A DNA stretch of 59,001 nt from a virus (taxonomy: Duplodnaviria > Caudoviricetes): IMG/VR virus record IMGVR_UViG_3300011114_000654, positions 1-59,001 of that record; one strand, 5' to 3'. Under the pieces are notes generated by a model, which was not told the DNA's origin, ran no database searches, and saw only the letters and a program-made list of their open reading frames with translations. This document shows, one piece after another, positions 27,636 through 38,235 of the stretch. Positions within the stretch are counted from its first letter, which is position 1. Each line of letters opens with the position of its first letter. A program made the position numbers and the translations under genes.

Positions 27636-30600
27636 TATCTATGCCTCTGTATTCCACTCTCAACCATATGGATATGTACCGCATATAGTCTAAATGGATA
27701 ATCTAACTCAGTACCAGATAAACCAATCTGGAAGTTCACACCAATGACATCTCTATTCAATCCACGTATAGCCCTAGATGAGTTACCAGTAATAGTGTAA
27801 TTACCAGTGGTCTGTACACCAACCTCATTCTGTACAACCCAACTAACAGTTGAACCGCCAGACGTATCACCAATAGCGTGTAGGTCTATCTGGCTAGGAC
27901 GATTCTTTGAATAGTATGAAATACCATCTGAATACGCCTGACCAAAAGCTCGTGTTAATACTTCCCAGTCAATCTCTCCAAGTAAACAGAACTCAGGAAC
28001 AGTTCCACCAGTAAACGTATAAGCCGGACCACTAACAGACGCACTAAGTTGAACACTATTGTTTGTCACCGTCTTCACGTACATAGTCGTATCAACAGTA
28101 AGCCCACCACCAGCCTTCACAATAGTCACAGGGTCATTTGCATTTAGACCTGTAGTATTCGTAGTGCCTGAGAATGTTAGTGTAGTAGTGCCAGCACCAC
28201 CATTAGGCTTGTATCTATATGGGCTATCGTAGAAATTATTCAACACATATATCTGACCGTCATATCCACCAACATAAAGGATACTTCTGTCATTTGTCGT
28301 ATCTATAGATACACCGCCAGTCATAACTGATGGCGCACTAAATGCAACCCACCCTGAATAGCGTGTATCCCACACATATGCTTGCACGTTACTGCGGTAG
28401 TCAACGGTATCAGTCTTATATGCCCTTGGAGCAAACAAGAATAGCTTCTTGTCGTGCATAGCCATAAAGGATTTTGCGTACTGCTCAGATGTTATATAGT
28501 TGTCACTATCAATCTGAACCCTATACTTACTGATTGACATCAAGCCATCAAGCGCAACAGACTTAGGGATAACCTGAGTGCCAGCAAACTGAACAACACC
28601 ACTTGTGTTCAAATACCAAGGTTGACCAAGTATGTTTGCAAGACCTCTTGGTGCAAGCAAACCAATACCAGGCTCACGTAGGAATGCCTGTATTGAATAG
28701 TTTGTTGGGTCAAAACCTGTAACCGGATAAACAGTATTCTCTCGGAAGACCAGAAGTACAGCTGTTGTACTATTGTTCTTGGACATCATATCGCCGTGGT
28801 ACGACAACATATTCACGATGTACTCTTTGTCATCTTTCGAGGAAACATCAAACGATGCACCCTTGATTGCTATCTTAGGGTCAGTAGGAAGCGGAACGTG
28901 GGTAGTATTGATTGTGTACTCGTTGTCTGAATCAAACTGCCAAGATACCCATAAAGAGTTATTCTTACTTACCCACAAACGATTCTGGTGAACTGATATA
29001 GCAGTAGCACCAGTAGGGAAGTAATCCTGACCAGACTCGTACACATCACCCTGTGAACCCTTTGGTCCATCATCTAAAACAGCAGATTCAGCAACATTAT
29101 CAACAAGTGTAATGCCACCCGTCGTACTAAGCAGTGTGAGGTTTACACCATTGATGGTATTGTCACTAAGCTTCAAAGAACCAAGACAACGATACAACCC
29201 ATCAGTAAATGCCGTACTAGAACGATAAATAATAAGGTGCGTATAACCTGCGCTAGTAAGTGTTTCGTTAGCAGGGTTCAGCATAATCTGATTAGCACTA
29301 AGTGCCTCAGTAGCAGTTATCTGCTCACTTGCACCAGAGAGTTCACTCTCAAAGCCTTTAGCATATACAGTTGAAGCAGCAGTACCAACCCCCGGTATAT
29401 ATGGTGCAGATGCACCATCCTCTGGATACCATCTTGAGAACCTATAGGTGTACTTGATATCAGCAGACAAGTTGCCATTTACAACAATGTCACCGATATA
29501 CATGAAGTCTTCACCATCAACTAAGTCTTGAATGTCAGTCTCACAACGGAGATACATCTGACGTACAGCACTAATACGGGAGTCAGTAAATCCTCTTACA
29601 CTCCACGTCATGTAGCCTGTCTTCTCGTTGATAGTGCCGTAACCACCCCACTCGATGGCAGCACCACTTTGCTGTAAACCTATCCTAAGGTTAGGTGCTA
29701 TATCCCTAATCTTCTCAGGTAGCTGCATACGCATACTAACACTGTCGTACTTACTCCAGTCTTTTGCCGTTGCGAAAGAGAACTTTACAGCACAACCTTT
29801 AAGGAGTCCTGCGTACCCAGCGACATTAGTATTGTTCTGATAAACCTTGACCTTTACGAGTCCTGTAATAGGGTCAGCAGCATCAGTACTATCTGTATTG
29901 AATCTAGGACTTACAGCGTGTAGGTTTACGTTCGTTACGTAGATACCTTTTTGACTACCATCCTTTGCGTTTACGTTCTGTATCAATATCTGGAAAGATG
30001 TAATCTGGTCTCTGAAGGGACGGAAGTCAGCGAGTAGATTAGCCTTAATCCAGTCAGTGCCTGACCTAGCAATAGGAGGTGCAACAATAGCAGATGCATA
30101 AGCACCTTGAATAGCAACACCATTCTTATAAGCTTGTAAGGATATCTTGATGGACTGACCGGTAACACTATTCTGAGTGTCTACGTTGATAGCCCATAGG
30201 CTAAGGAGGTACATACCTGCACCTTGAATAGTATGGTAACTATTGCTTCCTGTAGCAGTGAATGTATATGCAGCACCACCTTGTGAAACTATCGATACCG
30301 TAAACGTGTTGACCGTAGGTACAGTCAATACCCACGCAGGAGTATTAGCAGGAATTCCTACAGTACCCATAAAGAGTATCTGTTGACCAACCTTTAGGTT
30401 ATGGCTTGCACTAGTTACTATAGACGTTGATGCAACAGTACAGGTGATTGCTGTTGAACTATCATTTTGGTTAGTAAAGTTCAGTTGCTCATCAGGAACG
30501 TTGATGTACTGTAAAGAGTGAGTTCCACTACCAGCACTACCTGCACTAATAGCAGTCCCACTAACTGTAGCCGACACTTGTATGATTGATGAAGACGGAG

Positions 30601-31621
30601 TCCCTACAACATAATATGTTGTATTGACAGCAAAGTTAGTTGGTAATGTCCCAGCAGTTGCAATCTGAATTGGTGTATCAACAGCAGGGATAGGATTGAA
30701 AGTTCCACCAATATTAGCACTGCCATTCGTAAATGTAATTGGAGTACTCGTATAAGGAACATTCTGGTAGATGCCATCATCAGTACCAGCAATCTCAATC
30801 ATACGAGTTGCCCCTTGACCTAGAGGGGAAACAATCTCAGAAGTAACACCAGATGGGAAGTTGCCAGCAGTGACAGTAAGTGGGATAGCCTTACGCTGGG
30901 GGTCACCAGAATACTTGAGCCAAGCTGCAGCAGATGTTGGCATAGCACCTGTACTACCAGCAGTAAAGTTCCAGTCAGAGATAAGGGTTGTTATTCCACC
31001 AGCTCTAAGTATTGGTCCAACAGCACTATCAACAAACGTATGTTTGTTAGTAGTAGGAACACCATACTCAACAAACGCATATGCTCTAGCAGATGGCTTG
31101 AGGTTAGGGAACCCAGTAATAGTAGGGACTATCTCAATAGTTGAACCATCAGTACGGAATAACCCAATAGGTGATTCAGTTCCATCTGACTTACGCCCTG
31201 GAACACCATAGACGTACTTGCCATAAGCAACCATTCTGACGTTAGGGCTATACAACGTATCAAAGGCACTATTAGTTGTTAGGTTCGTATACGAATTAGT
31301 AGTCGTATTGAATAGACGGACATCACCAGCAGACGAGTAAACAAAGTTGCTTGTAACACCAGATGAACCCTTGATAGGAACCATCTCATACACGCCGTTA
31401 GCGTCACTACCAGCACCATTAAGTTCAGTAGGCTGTAGTAACCCCTGCCAGCCATTACGTAGTACAAGAGAACCACCATCAAGTTGCAGGTTACTTATGG
31501 TTTCAGCGTAGCCCGTTTCAAGCTTATTCGGGTCGTTATAGGTATCAACACCACGCCATACTTTGTCACCAACAATAAACGGCTGGGCTGAATCAGTAAC
31601 CATACGTGTTGTATCTGCCAT
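27635..31621 (-). CDS. tail nozzle / stabilisation protein (P22 gp10 / T7 gp12-like) with large insertions
   Basis: WRGVDTY.DP, N...DGGSL..R.G start; beta-propeller-like repeats; VHQNRLW; PGIGLLAP. Confidence 0.7.
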   Translation of the reverse strand: MADTTRMVTDSAQPFIVGDKVWRGVDTYNDPNKLETGYAETISNLQLDGGSLVLRNGWQGLLQPTELNGAGSDANGVYEMVPIKGSSGVTSNFVYSSAGDVRLFNTTTNSYTNLTTNSAFDTLYSPNVRMVAYGKYVYGVPGRKSDGTESPIGLFRTDGSTIEIVPTITGFPNLKPSARAYAFVEYGVPTTNKHTFVDSAVGPILRAGGITTLISDWNFTAGSTGAMPTSAAAWLKYSGDPQRKAIPLTVTAGNFPSGVTSEIVSPLGQGATRMIEIAGTDDGIYQNVPYTSTPITFTNGSANIGGTFNPIPAVDTPIQIATAGTLPTNFAVNTTYYVVGTPSSSIIQVSATVSGTAISAGSAGSGTHSLQYINVPDEQLNFTNQNDSSTAITCTVASTSIVTSASHNLKVGQQILFMGTVGIPANTPAWVLTVPTVNTFTVSIVSQGGAAYTFTATGSNSYHTIQGAGMYLLSLWAINVDTQNSVTGQSIKISLQAYKNGVAIQGAYASAIVAPPIARSGTDWIKANLLADFRPFRDQITSFQILIQNVNAKDGSQKGIYVTNVNLHAVSPRFNTDSTDAADPITGLVKVKVYQNNTNVAGYAGLLKGCAVKFSFATAKDWSKYDSVSMRMQLPEKIRDIAPNLRIGLQQSGAAIEWGGYGTINEKTGYMTWSVRGFTDSRISAVRQMYLRCETDIQDLVDGEDFMYIGDIVVNGNLSADIKYTYRFSRWYPEDGASAPYIPGVGTAASTVYAKGFESELSGASEQITATEALSANQIMLNPANETLTSAGYTHLIIYRSSTAFTDGLYRCLGSLKLSDNTINGVNLTLLSTTGGITLVDNVAESAVLDDGPKGSQGDVYESGQDYFPTGATAISVHQNRLWVSKNNSLWVSWQFDSDNEYTINTTHVPLPTDPKIAIKGASFDVSSKDDKEYIVNMLSYHGDMMSKNNSTTAVLLVFRENTVYPVTGFDPTNYSIQAFLREPGIGLLAPRGLANILGQPWYLNTSGVVQFAGTQVIPKSVALDGLMSISKYRVQIDSDNYITSEQYAKSFMAMHDKKLFLFAPRAYKTDTVDYRSNVQAYVWDTRYSGWVAFSAPSVMTGGVSIDTTNDRSILYVGGYDGQIYVLNNFYDSPYRYKPNGGAGTTTLTFSGTTNTTGLNANDPVTIVKAGGGLTVDTTMYVKTVTNNSVQLSASVSGPAYTFTGGTVPEFCLLGEIDWEVLTRAFGQAYSDGISYYSKNRPSQIDLHAIGDTSGGSTVSWVVQNEVGVQTTGNYTITGNSSRAIRGLNRDVIGVNFQIGLSGTELDYPFRLYAVHIHMVESGIQRHR

Positions 31622-32370
31622 TAGTCACACCCTTTGCGTTTCCAACCGTTTGATATCGTTGGCACGTACTTGATAGTAGTAGTTGCATTTGCATATCGCA
31701 ACATTAGTGGACCCAGAGGGAATGCAAAGCCTACAGTCCCGTAGGTATGGCATCCGTTATCGTTACGACGTATCCACGTCTGCTCAGTTGTTGCAGGCAC
31801 AAATACGTTACCAGCAGCAAGCCTTAGACAAGGGATGAATACACCACTACGGAATGAGCCAGCAGGTAGGTCATCTACAGGGTCAAACAGGTAGTCAGGA
31901 CACTCACAAACTGTATAACCTATGTCTAGGTCAACAGATGCACTCCCTGAAAGTGTAATACTTGCTTCGACTACACCACCAACAATAGGAGTGCTATCAA
32001 CTGTAGCCGTACCATTCAAGGCTAACGCAAAGTTGATTATAGGTAGAGTATCTACAGAAGCCCTACCACTTAAAGTAAGTGACTGTACAAACCTAGGTTG
32101 TAGGGTAGATGTTGCAAATCCACTAAGAGATACTGAACGTATCTGAGCAGGTGTAACGTTAGTTTCTGCACGTCCCGATAAAGATATCGTAGCGAAGACA
32201 GGTAAAGTTACAGACGCTTGACCAGAGAGACTAAAGTTAGAAGGAGGGACAATGATTGGTGGTTCAATCGTAATGACTGCATCACCACCACCACCTTGAC
32301 CAAAGTCAATTGGAGCAGGTACTGGCACTGGAACAGGAGGTAGTCCACCACCCTCTTCTTCTGTAGGCAT
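31621..32370 (-). CDS. virion structural protein
   Basis: Repeated LSGxAxV strands. Confidence 0.55.
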   Translation of the reverse strand: MPTEEEGGGLPPVPVPVPAPIDFGQGGGGDAVITIEPPIIVPPSNFSLSGQASVTLPVFATISLSGRAETNVTPAQIRSVSLSGFATSTLQPRFVQSLTLSGRASVDTLPIINFALALNGTATVDSTPIVGGVVEASITLSGSASVDLDIGYTVCECPDYLFDPVDDLPAGSFRSGVFIPCLRLAAGNVFVPATTEQTWIRRNDNGCHTYGTVGFAFPLGPLMLRYANATTTIKYVPTISNGWKRKGCD

Positions 32371-32373
32371 CTA

Positions 32374-32763
32374 TTAATCCATAGATATAGTAATTCCAGC
32401 AATGTTGAACTGTAGGGACTGACCAGAAGTTACAGTGACAACACTATCAAAATTACCGTATAGCAGACAAGTGCCAGCTGAAGCAGCAGTATAAAAACCC
32501 ACACCATAAACAGAAGTAGAACCCCAACCTGAGTTAGTGAATGTAATAGCCCCTGTATTAGTAACTGCACTACCACTGGTTGATGCTCCAAAAGCAATAG
32601 CCTGACGGGAACTACCACTCATTTCAGTTTGTGCTGAGTCACTACCAGCAGCACTTAGAATGCCAATGTAGGTAACCTGACCAGCAGTATACGAAGTTCC
32701 ATTCAATATAAGATTAATCAACGCACTCTCAAGAGTGTTCGTCATAGCAGTTGTTGTAGGCAT
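32374..32763 (-). CDS. phage tail-fibre-associated protein
   Basis: MTNTLE..L...R.AI.FG....NTGAITF...WG...TAASAG..L.YG family. Confidence 0.7.
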   Translation of the reverse strand: MPTTTAMTNTLESALINLILNGTSYTAGQVTYIGILSAAGSDSAQTEMSGSSRQAIAFGASTSGSAVTNTGAITFTNSGWGSTSVYGVGFYTAASAGTCLLYGNFDSVVTVTSGQSLQFNIAGITISMD

Positions 32764-32773
32764 CTCTTATTCC

Positions 32774-34774
32774 TTAATTCGGGTCTATACCACTTACGTT
32801 GGATGATACCGCAGTCGTTGTAACCGATGCAGTCCAAGCGTCAGTCGTATCATCTTCCTTCTTTACAACCATCTGGGAACTACCGACGTTCACCTTGTTA
32901 CGTATAGCACGTAACGCTGAACGTACAGTACGCTCCTCAGCAGTACCAGCATTCAAACCACTACCAAGGTCTCGTGCAAGCATCTCATCAGCCATAGCAT
33001 TCGTCTGAAGCTTTTCGCCAAACGAACCACTTGCAGTATGACCAACACGCTGTTCATCCCATACACCATCGATAATGTTGTCAGGACTTGCTACAGTAGC
33101 AACTGAGCCAGCAATATTACCTGTTACGTTACCAGCAACACCACCTACGGTTCCTACTACGTTACCAGTAACACTTCCTACTGAACCTGTTGTATTGAAC
33201 GTCTGGGATGTGGAAAGTGAATAGCCAGTTTTGTCTTGTATGAACGCACCTATAGAACCAATATTATTATGTGTTGATGCTGTTGCATCAAGAACTGCTT
33301 GTGCAGTTTGTGCAGCGGTTAGTCCACCACTAGATAACTTGATGCTCATTACAGCACCATTAGTGCCAGAGGCTCCTCTAACAACTACGGTTACATCATC
33401 TGCTCCTGCTTGTAATGCTGCATCGGGAATGTCCAATCTATAGACACCGGGCATATCAACTGCGTCAACCTCGGCAAAGCCGCCTGCTGTCCACGCCTGA
33501 GCGATTGTGCGGGCTACCAGCGGAATGCTGACAGAGGCTGTGCGTGTGCGGTTGTAGCGAGCTGTGAGACCAGAGGTTGAGGCGGTGAGACCTGTCGCAC
33601 CGAGGTAGAGTTCGATGCTTTGTGACGTAGAGCCGGGAGCGATTGTGATGGTTGATGCGTTGCGCTCGGTTGGATTGTATTGACCCGCTATTGTTGCGGT
33701 TGTGTTGTTGTACGAACCAATGTTCGGAGTACCTCCCGCCCAAGCGTCTCCGTAGAAGTCAGTAGCCGGAGTGCCAGTCGATGAACCGGTAGCGTAGGAA
33801 TAGAGTCCGTTCGCGCTAAACCAGTCGTATTGTGTCATCCCCCATAAACGCCAAATACCTGTATTGAATGGGATATAGGCATTCGCAAAGTTGTTTGATT
33901 GGACTATTGCAGCAGCAAGGCTAAAACTATTTGCCACGTTATTAGTAACAGTACAGTTTGCTGTTCCTGACGTAACATTTATAGGTTGTGCTGGACCAGT
34001 TACATTATTTCTTATCGTAACTAAAGATTTACCTGCACTTTGACCAAAACTAATACCAATACCTGTGTTATTCCAAAAGTTGAATGTAGTCCCTTGATAT
34101 GTTGCATTTGCACCACTTATCAAAAAGACATGATTTGTGCTACCTACACCAACGCATCTATCAACAGTCAATCCGTAAACGTAATCTTGTGTTGCTGGGC
34201 TATTTTTACCAATACTTCCATCGATATATACGTTGGCATTTCCAAAACCTATAAAATGACATTGTTGGATAAGATAATTTTTAGTAAGTCCATTTGTTGT
34301 AGTGTCGGTAACCTGAATAGCACCGTCTACACCACAGTTCATAAATAAACATTTACGCCATTTTATTTCTACACAGTTTAGAAGACTAAATAGACCTCTG
34401 TTTGTAGCCGTTTCACATATTAAGTTTTCAAAGTTTAGATAGTCTTTACTTGTCATTACAAACAAATATTGATTGACGTTTGCTGCTCCTGTATCGCTTA
34501 TTAACCTAGTGGTAATCAAGACACGACCGGGTGTAATACCGCTAAACTGTGAAGCGGTCGGATTTCCATAGACAAATGTTGGAGCCGTATAAGTACCGCC
34601 TACCGTAATCTGTGCATTCTGCCTGTAGTCACCGGGAGCGATGTACAGAGTATCACCGGAGCCAATACCAGTAGCACCTAATGCTTTGGCAATGGTTTGC
34701 CACGCTTGACCGGAACCGGAACCTGTACCAGTATTTGAATCGTTACCGTCCGTACGGACATAATAAATCGCCAT
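32774..34774 (-). CDS. tail fibre/spike with parallel beta-helix domain (copy 2)
   Basis: YYVRTDGNDSNTG...AWQTIAKA...GDT.YIAPG.Y pectin-lyase-like start. Confidence 0.75.
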   Translation of the reverse strand: MAIYYVRTDGNDSNTGTGSGSGQAWQTIAKALGATGIGSGDTLYIAPGDYRQNAQITVGGTYTAPTFVYGNPTASQFSGITPGRVLITTRLISDTGAANVNQYLFVMTSKDYLNFENLICETATNRGLFSLLNCVEIKWRKCLFMNCGVDGAIQVTDTTTNGLTKNYLIQQCHFIGFGNANVYIDGSIGKNSPATQDYVYGLTVDRCVGVGSTNHVFLISGANATYQGTTFNFWNNTGIGISFGQSAGKSLVTIRNNVTGPAQPINVTSGTANCTVTNNVANSFSLAAAIVQSNNFANAYIPFNTGIWRLWGMTQYDWFSANGLYSYATGSSTGTPATDFYGDAWAGGTPNIGSYNNTTATIAGQYNPTERNASTITIAPGSTSQSIELYLGATGLTASTSGLTARYNRTRTASVSIPLVARTIAQAWTAGGFAEVDAVDMPGVYRLDIPDAALQAGADDVTVVVRGASGTNGAVMSIKLSSGGLTAAQTAQAVLDATASTHNNIGSIGAFIQDKTGYSLSTSQTFNTTGSVGSVTGNVVGTVGGVAGNVTGNIAGSVATVASPDNIIDGVWDEQRVGHTASGSFGEKLQTNAMADEMLARDLGSGLNAGTAEERTVRSALRAIRNKVNVGSSQMVVKKEDDTTDAWTASVTTTAVSSNVSGIDPN

Positions 34775-34775
34775 A

Positions 34776-35003
34776 TTATTCAGCCGTTCCCGCTACGATT
34801 TCAGCCGCAATGTAGGTCATAAACTGTTGAACCACGTTCAACTGAAACTGTTCATCCTGCTGTACATACCAAGCAAAAACATCCGTTCCATCAGGTCCAA
34901 AGTCTGCAATCTTGCGAAACTGATAATCAAGGATGTCACCCTTGATGTTGTAGTTACCGGGTGAGTTTTCAAGAGCTGTGATGATAATGTCTCGGAAGTT
35001 CAT
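34776..35003 (-). CDS. small fibre-associated protein (paralogue of 37103-37330)
   Basis: Shares NSPG...GDI.D...FG..GT.VF.W...QD.QFQ...EIVAGTAE. Confidence 0.8.
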   Translation of the reverse strand: MNFRDIIITALENSPGNYNIKGDILDYQFRKIADFGPDGTDVFAWYVQQDEQFQLNVVQQFMTYIAAEIVAGTAE

Positions 35004-35254
35004 TTGCCCACCTTCAAAGCATTCACACCCGTACCCTTGAAAGGCATCGTCAAGAAGCCGAGCGCAGCACTCATCGCAGCAGTAAGACCAGCCGCTACAG
35101 CCTTGCCGCCGTACAGTGCCATCACTGCGCCGAGCTCGGAAATGTCGTGTGCTTCGGATGTGCGGATGCCGTCACCGAACACAGTGCTGAAGGACGCAAC
35201 AAAGGCGATCAAGACAATAATCAGCAACCTACTTATACTTATTTGTTTCATCAT
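35000..35254 (-). CDS. holin-like membrane protein
   Basis: Two hydrophobic segments, basic ends; start adjusted to MMKQ. Confidence 0.55.
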   Translation of the reverse strand: MMKQISISRLLIIVLIAFVASFSTVFGDGIRTSEAHDISELGAVMALYGGKAVAAGLTAAMSAALGFLTMPFKGTGVNALKVGK

Positions 35255-35261
35255 ACTTGTC

Positions 35262-37103
35262 CTAACTAGGGTCAACGCCCGTAATCGTTTTACTGCTATC
35301 ACTACTACTTACAGTTGCTGACCACGCAGTACTTGCATCATCTTCTTTGTATACAGTCATCTCATTATTGATGACTGTTGTCTTATTGCGTAAGCCTCTT
35401 AGAGCAGACCTTACAGTCCGCTCATTAATAGCACCTGCACCTGAACCACTACCTATCTCTCTCGCGAGGAGTTCATCTGCTAGTACATTAGCATTTAGAC
35501 GCTGACCAGTAGTGCCAGCAGTTGTGTGGCTAGAAAGTTGCTCATCCCACACAAGTATAGGAATCTCACCAACCTCTTGGTCTATGCCGTTAGCCAGTCC
35601 ATTAGTCTCAGTGAGTATGCCACCCATTGTCGTAGCATCAACGTAACCAGCAGGGCTAGTACCCCAAACAGCCGCGCCAGTTTGCGCAGCTGTCAATCCA
35701 CCACTACTCAACGTTACTGTAAGTACCGCACCATTAGTACCTGATGCACCACGTACAACAATAGTTACGTCTGAGGAACCTGCCGCGAATGCAGCATCGG
35801 GAACGTCTAAGCGATAAACACCAGGAGTAAGCGAGGAGCTTATCTCTGCAAAGCCACCAGAAGCCCACGAGCCGGTTGCCGTTTGCGTCACCAGAGTGAT
35901 TGCTACCGGTGCGCTACGGTTTCGGACGTAGTAAGCAGATAAGCCAGATGTCGCAAAGGTTAGACCTGTTGCACCAAGGTATAGTTCGATGCTTTGGGAT
36001 GTTGAGCCGGGAGCGATTGTGATGGTGGAGGCGTTGCGCTCGGTAGGGTTGTAGTTACCGACTGCGCCTATTGCCCTAAATGTTCCTGAGCCTGCGTCTG
36101 GTTTGGCTCCAGTCCACGTCACACCATAAATATCGGTAGCAGGTGCGCCTGTCGCATTACCAAAGTTAGTATTTATAGAGCCAAAGTATGAGGTGTAAAT
36201 TTGTAGATTATTTAACCCTACAAGTAACGTCTCACCAAAATCAACGCCGATGTCACCTACACTACTTGACGTGCCATTATCGGCTACATTAAGTCTCGCA
36301 CTATTGCCAAGTAAGCGATTAAAGTTCTCAATTATTGTGTTTGACACGCCATTAGAAAACGTGTCTATGTCGCTTAAAATTAGCGAATTACGAACAGTAA
36401 CCGGGAATGTAACACTTCCGTTATTACAAAAGACACCCCAACCTTTAACAATTATGGTGCAGTTCATAACTGCCACTTGCGCACCTGTCGAACTGATTGT
36501 CTGGTTGTTGCTATTCAGAAACAATGAATTTGTTACTGTTGAACCATCAGCAACATTTTGCCCAGTTATGCTTAGTTGACTGGTTCCACCAAAGAAAATA
36601 CATCTAGTCACTGAGATATTTACAGCGGTGCTTGTTGGGCTAGTAACAGCCAGTAATTGAGCAGCGTTCAATCTCGCTATAAACGCACATTCAGTAAACT
36701 TCAAATTGGTACAAGTCGTAAAACTTAGACCATTGTTGTTTAATTTGAATTGTATGTTTTGAAAATGCAGGTAGTTTTTAGTGGTCGCAGAGACTACGTT
36801 TCCAGAATAACCAGCCCCTGATAATGTTGAGTTGTAATTAGTTATAACAACAGGCCCGGCGGTAACGCCGGCAAAAACAGTACACGTTGGGTCACCAATG
36901 ATATTAGTTTCTACCGTTGGGTTTGTTATGGTTACAGATATCTGATTTGTATACACACCCGGTGCCACGTACAAAGTGTCACCACTTGCAAAGCCAGATG
37001 AACTAGACAAGGCATAAGCGACTGTGGCCCACGCTTGACCAGACGCTTGACCAGTGCCTGTGTTTGCGTTGTTGCCGTCTAATCGAACATAGTAAGTTGC
37101 CAT
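35262..37103 (-). CDS. tail fibre/spike with parallel beta-helix domain (copy 1)
   Basis: Starts MATYYVRLDGN at 37103 (TAATG coupling); paralogue of 32774-34774. Confidence 0.75.
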   Translation of the reverse strand: MATYYVRLDGNNANTGTGQASGQAWATVAYALSSSSGFASGDTLYVAPGVYTNQISVTITNPTVETNIIGDPTCTVFAGVTAGPVVITNYNSTLSGAGYSGNVVSATTKNYLHFQNIQFKLNNNGLSFTTCTNLKFTECAFIARLNAAQLLAVTSPTSTAVNISVTRCIFFGGTSQLSITGQNVADGSTVTNSLFLNSNNQTISSTGAQVAVMNCTIIVKGWGVFCNNGSVTFPVTVRNSLILSDIDTFSNGVSNTIIENFNRLLGNSARLNVADNGTSSSVGDIGVDFGETLLVGLNNLQIYTSYFGSINTNFGNATGAPATDIYGVTWTGAKPDAGSGTFRAIGAVGNYNPTERNASTITIAPGSTSQSIELYLGATGLTFATSGLSAYYVRNRSAPVAITLVTQTATGSWASGGFAEISSSLTPGVYRLDVPDAAFAAGSSDVTIVVRGASGTNGAVLTVTLSSGGLTAAQTGAAVWGTSPAGYVDATTMGGILTETNGLANGIDQEVGEIPILVWDEQLSSHTTAGTTGQRLNANVLADELLAREIGSGSGAGAINERTVRSALRGLRNKTTVINNEMTVYKEDDASTAWSATVSSSDSSKTITGVDPS

Positions 37104-37330
37104 TATTCCGCTGTTCCTGCGACAATTTCCTGGGCCATAATCACTGAAAACTGAGTGCTGTAGTTCTGCTGAAACTGAGCATCCTGCGTAACCCACCAGC
37201 CGAATACACTTGTACCATTCTCGCCGAATGAACCGAGCAGGTTGCCTTCGTTGTCGTAGATGTCACCAAAGACAATCCAATCACCCGGACTGTTTGGGTT
37301 AGGCTCTAAACGATAGTTTTGCAGGTTCAT
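37103..37330 (-). CDS. small fibre-associated protein
   Basis: Paralogue of 34776-35003. Confidence 0.8.
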   Translation of the reverse strand: MNLQNYRLEPNPNSPGDWIVFGDIYDNEGNLLGSFGENGTSVFGWWVTQDAQFQQNYSTQFSVIMAQEIVAGTAE

Positions 37331-37449
37331 TTGCCCACCTTCAAACTGTTCGCATTCGTCCCCTTGAACGGCATCGTCAAGAAGCCAAGCGCAGCACTCA
37401 TCGCAGCAGAGACACCAGCCGCTACAGCCTTGCCGCCGTAGACCGCCAT
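37327..37449 (-). pseudogene. truncated copy of the holin-like gene (C-terminal 40 aa)
   Basis: MAVYGGKAVAAGVSAAMSAALGFLTMPFKGTNANSLKVGK matches the 3' half of 35000-35254. Confidence 0.7.
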
Positions 37450-37628
37450 CACTTCTTTACCTTCCTTGCATCAATAGCAAGTATGACCACATCACGTACC
37501 TTTTCAAGGTCAGATGTAGACAGGAATTCAAGGTTCTCAATAATCTGGTTCACTACAAGCATCTCACCAAAAGGAATCTTGACTTCAGGCACACCAGTCT
37601 TCTTTAGGAACTTACTTAGCCAACTCAT
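37449..37628 (-). CDS. hypothetical protein (59 aa)
   Basis: Translated by hand (MSWLSKFLKKTG...ARKVKK); GGAGG RBS; coupled to both neighbours. Confidence 0.65.
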   Translation of the reverse strand: MSWLSKFLKKTGVPEVKIPFGEMLVVNQIIENLEFLSTSDLEKVRDVVILAIDARKVKK

Positions 37629-37960
37629 AACATTTCCTCCTTAGATGCTCTCTTGACAACCAAATCACTAGGTGTATTCTCTCGTATCTGTTGCAATACA
37701 ACATCTCTTTGAGAGACTAACTGAAACGCTTTAGCATCAGAGTCCTGACGCACAAAGAAGGCTATTACCGCTGTAATCAGTGCGGGTATCCCCGCACGTA
37801 TACCTTCAACTCCACAAAGCGTAAGTACCTTCATAACATAACCAAATGTGGCAGTGTCTGGTATGTGCCTTGCTTCCCACTCCATATTGAAAGCGGGACC
37901 AGCACTAGCCATAAATGCACCAAGTGCAATCCATACCAAACGACCCCACGCTATATTCAT
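37625..37960 (-). CDS. holin-like membrane protein
   Basis: Two predicted transmembrane segments. Confidence 0.5.
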   Translation of the reverse strand: MNIAWGRLVWIALGAFMASAGPAFNMEWEARHIPDTATFGYVMKVLTLCGVEGIRAGIPALITAVIAFFVRQDSDAKAFQLVSQRDVVLQQIRENTPSDLVVKRASKEEML

Positions 37961-38235
37961 CGTACTGTTTTAGTCTTCTCTTCTAAGACTCTCAGTCGTT
38001 CCTTGACGCTCTGGAGTTCTTTATCCAATCGTACAATCTCTACCCGCATATCCTGAATACTTCCCTTAAGGTCTTTGTACTGCGTCTCACTCTGAGCAGT
38101 AAGGTTAGCGAGCATAATCTCAAGCTTGTCTACCTTACGTACAAACGTAAAGGATGCACCCAAGAAGGACGAAACAGCACCTAGGAATACAGTCAGTAAG
38201 ACTATACCAATATCCTTAATTTCCATCAGAACCAC
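37957..38235 (-). CDS. membrane-anchored coiled-coil protein (lysis-associated?)
   Basis: N-terminal transmembrane segment plus coiled coil. Confidence 0.55.
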   Translation of the reverse strand: MVLMEIKDIGIVLLTVFLGAVSSFLGASFTFVRKVDKLEIMLANLTAQSETQYKDLKGSIQDMRVEIVRLDKELQSVKERLRVLEEKTKTVR

